This document shows, one piece after another, positions 38,884 to 48,398 of a DNA stretch of 48,398 nucleotides. The notes below the pieces were generated by a model. That model did not search any database, was not told where the DNA came from, and saw only the letters and a program-made list of their open reading frames with translations. Made by a program: the position numbers and the translations under genes. The stretch is from Octopus bimaculoides (Eukaryota), in assembly GCF_001194135.2 (NCBI RefSeq), contig NC_069006.1:18582328-18630725 (forward strand), given 5' to 3'. Numbering within the stretch: position 1 is the stretch's first letter; every line of letters starts with the position of its first letter.

Positions 38884-38913
38884 TACAAATACACATCTAT
38901 CTATCTACTTATT

Positions 38914-39143
38914 GTGGAGGCGCAATGGCCCAGTGGTTAGGGCAGCGGACTCGTGGTTGTAGGATCGCGGTTTCGATTCCCGGACCAGGCGTTGTGAGTG
39001 TTTCTTGAGTGAAAACATCTAAAGCTCCATGAGGCTCCGGCAGGGGTGGGGGTGGCGGCGAACCCTGCTGTACTCCTTCACCACAACTTTCACTCTTTCT
39101 TGTTTCTGTCGTACCTGTATTTCAAAGGGCTAGCCTTGTCACA
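38914..39143 (+). mobile_element. tRNA-derived SINE family C variant
   Basis: A-box tggcccagtgg, B-box ggtttcgattcc, and 3' gtacctgtatttcaaagggctagccttgtcaca shared with 11598-11786. Confidence 0.85.
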
Positions 39144-39381
39144 ACCAACATATATACTCATAGAGGTCGGTGGACAGAGACAATTCTACCTTTGTTATTG
39201 CAATATGTTTGAAATTTAGGAGTGACTAGAATATAGACAACACCTTCNNNNNNNNNNNNNNNNNNNNNNNNNNNNNNNNNNNNNNNNNNNNNNNNNNNNN
39301 NNNNNNNNNNNNNNNNNNNNNNNNNNNNNNNNNNNNNNNNNNNNNNNNNNNNNNNNNNNNNNNNNNNNNNNNNNNNNNNNN

Positions 39382-39438
<57 letters not shown>

Positions 39439-39471
39439 TACAGATATATGCTTACATACATATATATTTAT

Positions 39472-39524
<53 letters not shown>

Positions 39525-39525
<1 letters not shown>

Positions 39526-39621
39526 GATGGGCTTCTTTTAATTTTCGATTACCAAAACACCTGAATATTTTGGACGGCCCGAGGCCATAGTAGAAGACAC
39601 TTACCCAAGGTGCCACACAGT
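39525..39621 (-). mobile_element. SINE family B, 5' fragment with CORE-like motif
   Basis: Reverse complement reads actgtgtggcaccttgggtaagtgtcttctactatggcctcgggccg. Confidence 0.8.
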
Positions 39622-40440
39622 CACACCTGCGCCCTTCTCTCTATATACGCCCCTCCCCCCACATATATATATGAAGAAAATAATCACGAAAAGTGCACTT
39701 GCATTTAAAAACAGATGAAACAAATCTCATATTTGTCAACATTCCTACTGATCCGCTTTTAAATTCAAACAGGATATTCACCCCTGTCATAGATTAGACA
39801 ACTTCAATGCTCACACACTCCAGTTTAGCAGTAAACAGTTACTTGCGAAACATTTACGTATCAATGCTCACAACATGTGTCAGAGCATTACATAACCTTA
39901 GACTTCCTCGTTTGGACTCCATGAAAATTGATCGAGGCGTGTTCATATTCAGTACACATTTCGCTTGACGTTGCCAGAATGACAACAGATGATGGGAAAA
40001 TCAGAGCAATGACAGCGTGAATCATTAATTGCTGCCGGATATATAAATCTGATGAGTTAGATTTCTTTATTTGCATCAATTTGTGAATATACAATAATAG
40101 TATTGTATAATGCTGTGCATGCATGTTGATGCAAACATATACGTATAATTTTCTGCATCGTAAGATGAATACTACATGAAGGAATTTACGAAACAACTGT
40201 AACCAAATGGAAGTGATATAGAAAAATAAATCTATATTCTCCATTCACACCTCCTGGCTTTATAATTTAGATTTTGGTCTATATATTTTGCGCGCTTTCT
40301 TTCGTTTGTAACCATAAGTGTGTCGGTGGGTGTGTGTATGTAAGTACTCAAATACGAGTGTATGCTTGTTATAACAGAAACACTTATAATGTGTAAAAGC
40401 TGATTTCATGACCATTGTTCTTTTTGTCATTTGTTTATGG

Positions 40441-40480
40441 ATTTTGCCCGGCGTGCTAATGATTCTGCCAAATCACCACC
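40441..40480 (-). mobile_element. SINE family A head fragment
   Basis: Reverse complement ggtggtgatttggcagaatcattagcacgccgggcaaaat. Confidence 0.8.
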
Positions 40481-40514
40481 TTCTCCAGTGCTTTAATATT
40501 AAGAAATGGGCTAA

Positions 40515-40712
40515 GGCGGTGAGCTGGCAGAATCGTTAGCACGCCGGGCGAAATGCTTAGCGGCATTTCGTCTATCTTCATGTTCTGAATTCAAAATCCA
40601 CCGAGATCGACTCCGCCTTTCATCTTTTCAGGATCGATAAAATAAGTACCAGTGTGTATATACAAGTACCGCTCCCCGAACGTGCTGGCCTAGTGCCAAA
40701 GTTTGAAGTCAA
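40515..40712 (+). mobile_element. SINE family A with internal deletion; a further head fragment follows at 40733-40800
   Basis: ggcggtgagctggcagaatcgttagcacgccgggcgaaatgcttagcggcatttcg...gatcgataaaataagtaccag...ggcctagtgccaaagtttgaa. Confidence 0.88.
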
Positions 40713-41167
40713 TATTACGCAATGAATTGAGACAGCGAGCTGGCAGAATCTTTAAGGTGAGGGGCAAAATGTTTAGTGGCATTTGTTCCGACTCGTTACA
40801 TTTAAGGTTGCCTTTAAAGTGGTGAGCAGGAGGATACACGTTGATAAAAAGGGTCGCTGAAGAGGTCACAGATGTGTGATGAAAGATTTCTAGACAACGG
40901 ACATAAGATAAAATAAGAACAATAATAGACGAGAGAAGAACGAATATATATATTTGTTTCAACACACGGTTTCACACCAGGAATCTTACAAAACAAATTC
41001 ATAAACGTATGTGTGTGTATATATATATAAATCTCAAAAATGGAACAAGAACGCAACAGACGACAATAAAACATCAAAAAGGCGGACAGGACAAAACAAG
41101 GACGGGCCATTCGTGACCTGCTCTCATCAGTCAAGTTTCCAGGTTATCCTTACAGCTTCGGCTAGTT

Positions 41168-41209
<42 letters not shown>

Positions 41210-42159
41210 ACGAGACATTGGCCAACACGAGGCTAGAGAAAACCCCAGTTAACTTGGGGTTCTGTGCAACGAGGGCGAACCCGGAACCATTTAATTGCCA
41301 AATGAACTTATTAACTACTCAGCAAGTTAGCTAAGGAGAGAGGAGGTAGGGGGTCCTCAAAGATTAACTTCTGACATTATCTTCTTAGTCTTAGGGAAAG
41401 ACGTTTTACGGAGATATACCTTTCTGGTCCTAAATGAATTGTGTTCATTTGGGCCTGTGATACAATCAAATACGCCTGCGATTTCTATGTATTGAGGTAT
41501 GTACACAGCTATTATGTCTCCTGAGCCGTCGTATAAATGCGTGTATGTATATATATATATATATATTTATGTGTATGTATATGTAATATGCGTGTGTATA
41601 TGCGTATATATGTATGCAAATGCAGACTTTATATATACATATATAACTTTATGTATTAAATACGTATGCATACTCATGTCACACACACACACACACATAT
41701 ATACACACACACACACACATATATGTATGTATGTATGTATGTATATACTTATGTACGTATATCTATGTAATTATAATGTATATGCAGCCTACATTTATAC
41801 ACACATATTCATACGCAAACATATGCGTACATAAATACACACATACATATATACATACATATTCATATGCATACATATTGTGTGAATGTATGCATGTATG
41901 TATGTATGTATGTACATGTATGTACATGTATGTATGTATGTACATGTATGTATGTATGTATGTATATATGCGATAGCTGAATGATTTTATAGAATGTATG
42001 TAAAATGGTTGCGGTTAGGCAGAATCGGAAGAACAGCGGACTACCTTCTTTGTGGTGTCAAGATACAATACTCATACACACACACACACACACACACACA
42101 CAGAGGCATACTGGGTGTGTGTGAGGGCCTGTATATGCGTGTGTGCTTCATTATGTGTG

Positions 42160-42197
<38 letters not shown>

Positions 42198-42669
42198 AGC
42201 TTGTATGTGCATGTGTGTGTGTGTGTGTGTGTGTGTGTGNNNNNNNNNNNNNNNNNNNNNNNNNNNNNNNNNNNNNNNNNNNNNNNNNNNNNNNNNNNNN
42301 NNNNNNNNNNNNNNNNNNNNNNNNNNNNNNNNNNNNNNNNNNNNNNNNNNNNNNNNNNNNNNNNNNNNNNNNNNNNNNNNNNNNNNNNNNNNNNNNNNNN
42401 NNNNNNNNNNNNNNNNNNNNNNNNNNNNNNNNNNNNNNNNNNNNNNNNNNNNNNNNNNNNNNNNNNNNNNNNNNNNNNNNNNNNNNNNNNNNNNNNNNNN
42501 NNNNNNNNNNNNNNNNNNNNNNNNNNNNNNNNNNNNNNNNNNNNNNNNNNNNNNNNNNNNNNNNNNNNNNNNNNNNNNNNNNNNNNNNNNNNNNNNNNNN
42601 NNNNNNNNNNNNNNNNNNNNNNNNNNNNNNNNNNNNNNNNNNNNNNNNNNNNNNNNNNNNNNNNNNNNA

Positions 42670-42870
42670 GTGGAAACGGAAAAAGGGAAAAACAAGAAGA
42701 GGAAGAAGAGGGGAAATTAGCAAATGGAATAAGTGGGAAGAAGAAGAAGAAGGAGGAGGAGAAGAAGAAGGAGGAGAAGAAGGAGAAGAAGAAGAAGGAG
42801 AAGGAGGAGAAGAAGAAGGTGGAGGAAAAAGAGAAAGAAGAAGAAGAAAAGGAGGAAGAGAAGGAGGCTA
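42670..42870 (+). repeat. Polypurine (GAA/GGA)n tract
   Basis: gaagaagaagaaggaggaggagaagaagaaggaggagaag... Confidence 0.92.
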
Positions 42871-42975
42871 GCATAAAACAAAAGAGAAAGAGGTTAGAAA
42901 AAACCCAGAAAACAAAAAAAAAAGAGCAAAACAAAATAAAAACACGTATAAATATTCAGATTAAGTGTATATGTG

Positions 42976-43029
<54 letters not shown>

Positions 43030-43665
43030 ACGTATGTATATACATATGTGTGTGTGTTTTTATTTATATATATATATATGCATTTATACATACATATATA
43101 TACATGCATATATGCATGCACACACACACACATGCATACATACATACATACATACATATATATATATGTATATATTTAAATCAGGAGTGCAGTCAGCCAC
43201 AGCACATCCCTCCCAACCCAGCCACGCCCATTCCCATCCACATCTTACATTATCTCGTTTTGCAAATATATTTACGCTTCATTCCTTGCCACAATCTCTT
43301 GAAGAAGTTCTTATAAGAATATTGATAGTTTGGTTGGAGTAAACCCGAATATATTTATTAAAAAAATAAGACAAAAGCAAAACAGATGCAAACGTACAAG
43401 GGAGACGACAATAACAGCAAAAACAACAAAAGTGTATTTATTAAAAGAGAGAGAGAGAGAGAGAGAGAAAAAAACTCCCCGCCCCAGAAAAATGTCGTAT
43501 TTCTTCCATATTAACCCCAAATCTTCTCTATCTGAAGAAGATAATGAAAAAATAGAAAGCATATGAAGTAAGATAGACATTAAAAATATATCTGAAATAT
43601 ACGCGATAAATGAATGGCAAAAAATATACATAAAAGTCTTGGTGAATGTTGTGTGCGAGCTCTGC

Positions 43666-43742
<77 letters not shown>

Positions 43743-43888
43743 TTGTTTCATGTGTCGATGTTTAGGCAGGTATATATGTATGTAAGTGTATGCATATACA
43801 TATATGTTTGTAGTACGCAGTTCTATAGATACTTATATGTACATACATTCACATACATACACACACACACACATATATATATATGTGA

Positions 43889-43929
<41 letters not shown>

Positions 43930-44055
43930 CATATATTTAAAATCACGTACATTTATAGGAGTATGAAAATATATCTGCACACATACATACATAGTACATA
44001 CATACATGCATACATACATATACATGTACAAATATACGTACGTATAGTTTTGAAT

Positions 44056-44104
<49 letters not shown>

Positions 44105-44672
44105 TATCTAGTATAGCGTGTATGTATAGATGTAGAGAGAGGAGGGAACAGAGAGATGAACAGCTATGCATTTATAAGCATGTAGATATATAGATATATG
44201 TGTGAGTGTATGTGTGTGTGTGTGTGTGTGTGTGCGTGCGTGTGTGTATGTTTATAGTCACTAATACATACATACACACACTCAGTAGCGCACACACACA
44301 TATATAAATATATATGCATATAGATAGATGTATACATAAACATAAAAACGTATATAATTGATAATCCTTGCAAAAAGGATTACATTTGAAGCTTTAGCTT
44401 ACACAATTTTTACCTCTATTGCTGAAGACACAATATGTGACGGCCGCCATATTTTTTCATAGATAATTTTTTTCCCTTTCTAAATCCCGTCCTTTTTTTT
44501 TTCTGTGGATGCTTTCAAATCATACCCATTCTTCTCTCCTTTCATTTACATTCTGTGATTCCTTTACTGTTTGAGGAATGTTTTTCCATTATGGTCTTTT
44601 AGTTTATTATACAATATTTTTATTTGCATATAATATAATATATGTATGTATGTATTCATGCACGCATGTATG

Positions 44673-44721
<49 letters not shown>

Positions 44722-45897
44722 NNNNNNNNNNNNNNNNNNNNNNNNNNNNNNNNNNNNNNNNNNNNNNNNNNNNNNNNNNNNNNNNNNNNNNNNNNNNNNN
44801 NNNNNNNNNNNNNNNNNNNNNNNNNNNNNNNNNNNNNNNNNNNNNNNNNNNNNNNNNNNNNNNNNNNNNNNNNNNNNNNNNNNNNNNNNNNNNNNNNNNN
44901 NNNNNNNNNNNNNNNNNNNNNNNNNNNNNNNNNNNNNNNNNNNNNNNNNNNNNNNNNNNNNNNNNNNNNNNNNNNNNNNNNNNNNNNNNNNNNNNNNNNN
45001 NNNNNNNNNNNNNNNNNNNNNNNNNNNNNNNNNNNNNNNNNNNNNNNNNNNNNNNNNNNNNNNNNNNNNNNNNNNNNNNNNNNNNNNNNNNNNNNNNNNN
45101 NNNNNNNNNNNNNNNNNNNNNNNNNNNNNNNNNNNNNNNNNNNNNNNNNNNNNNNNNNNNNNNNNNNNNNNNNNNNNNNNNNNNNNNNNNNNNNNNNNNN
45201 NNNNNNNNNNNNNNNNNNNNNNNNNNNNNNNNNNNNNNNNNNNNNNNNNNNNNNNNNNNNNNNNNNNNNNNNNTATATATATATATATATATATATATAT
45301 AAGTATGTATGTATATTTATATATAAACAAATGTACGCCTTTGTATTATTTTATACGTCTATGTGTATGTAGGTGTATAAGTATGTGTGAATGTGTGTGC
45401 GTGCAATATATATTATTCATTGCATGTCTTGTGTATGTACATACGTATACATGCATATAATGTGAGTATATGGGACATAAATGTATTTATTTATACATAC
45501 ATACATATATATATATACATATATATATATATACATACATATATATATATGTATACATATGATACATATATGTATATACATATTACTAACACACACATAG
45601 ATGTATATACATGCATACATGTAAGTATGTATGTATGCATATGTACATATATATTTTCCATTTGGTTATATATAAGGTGTTATACCTACGTATGTATCTG
45701 TGAGTCATCTGAACAACGTGTCTCAGAACATGCTGATGTCTTCATGTTTCACCAATAAACAACTATATTACATTTTATTCTACAATTCATCAAAAAAGAC
45801 ATACAAAAACAATAATGATACACATATATGCAGAGACATGCTGTTTACATGTATATAAATACGTGTGTATGTGCTTATGTATGTATGTATGTATGTA

Positions 45898-46220
45898 GGC
45901 GCAGGCGGGGCTGTGTGGTAAGAAGCTTGCTTCTCAACCACATGATTCTAGGTTTAATCCCACTGCGTAGCCCCTCGGCCAAGTGTCCTCTACTGTAGCC
46001 GCAGGCCGACCAAAGCCTTGTGAAAGGATTTGGTAGACGGAAACTGAAAGAAGCCTGTCGTACGTGTGTGTGTGTGTGTTTGCCTTCCATCATCGCTTGA
46101 CAACCGGTATTGATGTGTTTACGTCTCCGTAATCTAGCGGTTCGGTAAAAGAGTCCAATAGAATAAGCACTAGGCTTTAAAAAAGTAAGCTCTGGGGTAG
46201 ATTAGTTTGATTAAAACCGC
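45898..46220 (+). mobile_element. SINE family B, near full length (tRNA head, CORE-like segment, (TG)n spacer, 3' body)
   Basis: ggcgcaggcggggctgtgtggtaagaagcttgc...ggtttaatcccactgcgtagcccctcggccaagtgtcctctac...gtagacggaaactgaaagaagcc. Confidence 0.9.
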
Positions 46221-46433
46221 CGGGTTCAGTCCCACTGTATGGCTCCTTGTCTTCTCTAGGCTCGGGCCGATCAAAGCCTTGTGAGTGGATTTGGTAGATG
46301 GAAACTGAAAGAAGCCCGTCGTATATACAATACATATATCTGTGTGTGTGTCTTTGTGCTTATTTTTGTCTCCCATCACCGCTTAACAACCTGTGTTGGT
46401 GTGTTTACGTCTCTGTTAGTGGTTCGGCAAAAG
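46221..46433 (+). mobile_element. SINE family B, second tandem copy starting at the B-box
   Basis: cgggttcagtcccactg...caaagccttgtgagtggatttggtagatggaaactgaaagaagcccgtcgtata...gtgtttacgtctc. Confidence 0.88.
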
Positions 46434-46620
46434 ATATATATATGTATGTATGTATGTATATATAGATATGTATATATACATAATATGGGGGTTTAGTTCA
46501 CAGGTGATCTAAACGACTAGGTACGCTGAGTAAGTGCTGCAACGGATTACCAGGGCTCCAAGGTTATAGCAGAGACGGCAGTTATGGAACCATTGTAAAT
46601 TTCCGATATAGTGGATATAT

Positions 46621-46751
46621 AATTGTTAAAGAGGACAAGAAACGCTAATGTAAGACAAACGTCTCAAGTCATATACAGATTTTTCCAATAATAATGTATA
46701 TGACTTGAGATGTTTGTCTTGCCTTAGCATTTCTTGTCTTCTCTAACAATT
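46621..46751. mobile_element. 131-bp palindromic (foldback/MITE-like) element in TA context
   Basis: Arms 46621-46677 and 46695-46751 are reverse complements at 51/57, with a 17-nt spacer. Confidence 0.78.
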
Positions 46752-46910
46752 GTATATATGTATGTATGTCATTATCCAGTTTATTTCAAGATTTCTTGCC
46801 AATAGAGAAAGAACCGGTTTCTAACCTAGATCTAAGGCTCCTTCATTGGAAATTTAACATCAATAACAGGTTTTGTTTGTGTGCAGATCTGTATGTTTTA
46901 TGTATGTATA

Positions 46911-46947
<37 letters not shown>

Positions 46948-47069
46948 ATGTATGTATATATATATATGTATAAATATATGACTGGTCGCATCTTAAAAGC
47001 TTCTCTTCTTACACTCACTTTGATCAAAGGTGACCTAGGACTAAATTGCAAGACAGATTCAAGCCAAGC

Positions 47070-47395
47070 TAGCTGGTAGGAGACCCAAGGATGAAACCAA
47101 GAATGAGATGGTTGGCTAATATCCTTGGTCTCAGGTGGTCACTATTTAAGCTTAGGCATCCAGGCAGAAAGTCTAATGACAGTTGCTTTTGATACGACCC
47201 TATGGGGGAGTTCCCTGCAGGCTCTAGTCCCATCCCACGGCCCTCTCAGGAATAATGGGAGGGAAAAATGGATGGACGGATGAATCGATATCCGTAAACA
47301 GGTAAGAATGGTCGTATCCGGAATGCTTTTCTTCTTACAGCCACTTTGATCAAAGCTGACCTGGGGCTAAAATAACAACAACAACGACAACAACA
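47070..47395 (+). mobile_element. 3' remnant of an RTE-clade LINE with (CAA)n tail
   Basis: With frameshifts it reads GRRPK..PRMRWLANI..LGIQAESLMTVAFDTTLWGSSLQALVP, resembling the RTE/Expander C-terminus (RPRGRPR.RW.D..LGI...VA...W.SLL.LLP). It ends ...ctgacctggggctaaaat(aac)n. Confidence 0.65.
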
Positions 47396-47840
47396 TACAC
47401 ACGCAGAAAAGTGCTGTTTTCTCTTAAAATGCTACTAAATTATGTTTTAAAATATTCAAAGAGAAAACAAACAATTTGTATTGTTTACAAATAAATCGTT
47501 CCCAGTTTTCTTAAATGAAATGGTAAATTTAATAAATAAATATATATAATTAGACAATTCAATATAAATTTCCGATCTATATAAATCGATTGTTCTCTGT
47601 GATCTCTATCGAATTTGATTTTTTTTTTAATATTTTTTTTAGGCAAAGTATACCTTTGATGTTTATTTATTTATGTATTTATTTATTCAGTACATTTTGC
47701 GATTTAAAAAAAAAATGAATTTACGTTTTAATCTAATGTCCGAAAATGTTTGAAGTTGTATAGGAATTAATGTAGTGCACTTAACAACAGACACACATAG
47801 ATACACACATACACACACGCACACACACACATATGTATGA

Positions 47841-47879
<39 letters not shown>

Positions 47880-47989
47880 NNNNNNNNNNNNNNNNNNNNN
47901 NNNNNNNNNNNNNNNNNNNNNNNNNNNNNNNNNNNNNNNNNNNNNNNNNNNNNNNNNNNNNNNNNNNNNNNNNNNNNNNNNNNNNNNNN

Positions 47990-48042
<53 letters not shown>

Positions 48043-48258
48043 TACAAGCATATGCATACACAAATATATGTATAAAATAGAAACATTTGGATACACGCAC
48101 ACATATATATGTATATGTGTGTGTGCGTGTGCGTGTGTATGTACAGATATTCATATATATGCACATATATATATATACATATATATATATGCACATATAT
48201 ATATATATATATACATATATATACATACATATATATACATATATATACATATATATAC

Positions 48259-48314
<56 letters not shown>

Positions 48315-48349
48315 TTGTATGTATATATATGTATATATATACATATGTA

Positions 48350-48391
<42 letters not shown>

Positions 48392-48398
48392 GTAAAAT

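Noticed and set aside
38914-38990. tRNA-like sequence
   Set aside because: A and B boxes are present but continue into a SINE body shared with 11598-11786, and I could not build a complete cloverleaf. The same holds for SINE A and B heads.
39888-40244. 118-aa minus-strand ORF in unique sequence
   Set aside because: No recognisable domain, composition typical of AT-rich non-coding DNA, and a length attainable by chance. A BLASTP/RNA-seq check would be decisive.
41110-41210. CTGATGA (minus) and CTGACGA (plus) hammerhead-like cores
   Set aside because: I could not build consistent stems I-III around either core (GAAT instead of GAAA; no complementary stem I).
42670-42870. Lys/Glu-rich ORF segment and triplex-forming polypurine tract
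   Set aside because: Simple (GAA/GGA)n repeat next to a gap; H-DNA potential is generic with nothing locus-specific.

Overview
Eukaryotic, repeat-dense, apparently non-coding window. SINE families and extreme microsatellite density, recognised from memory, point to a coleoid cephalopod, most likely Octopus. About 8 kb (~17%) is N, in 19 gaps mostly bordered by (TA)n/(GA)n/(TG)n. No host protein-coding gene is recognisable, and nearly all ORF-track entries are microsatellite or N artefacts. The only real protein homologies are decayed transposons: three remnants of RLE-bearing non-LTR retrotransposons (R4/Dong-like), an internally deleted DD37D (maT) Tc1/mariner transposase, and the C-terminus of an RTE-clade LINE. 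The window also holds over 20 copies or fragments of three tRNA-derived SINE families (my labels A, B, C), a TA-flanked MITE, two near-perfect long palindromes and a 543-bp TIR-bounded element. The most interesting signal is a set of minimal type I hammerhead-ribozyme folds from several sequence families, all with self-complementary stem III, as in Penelope-like-element dimer hammerheads. One is nearly intact (29465-29512, minus), and one family appears to share a non-canonical CUGU core.
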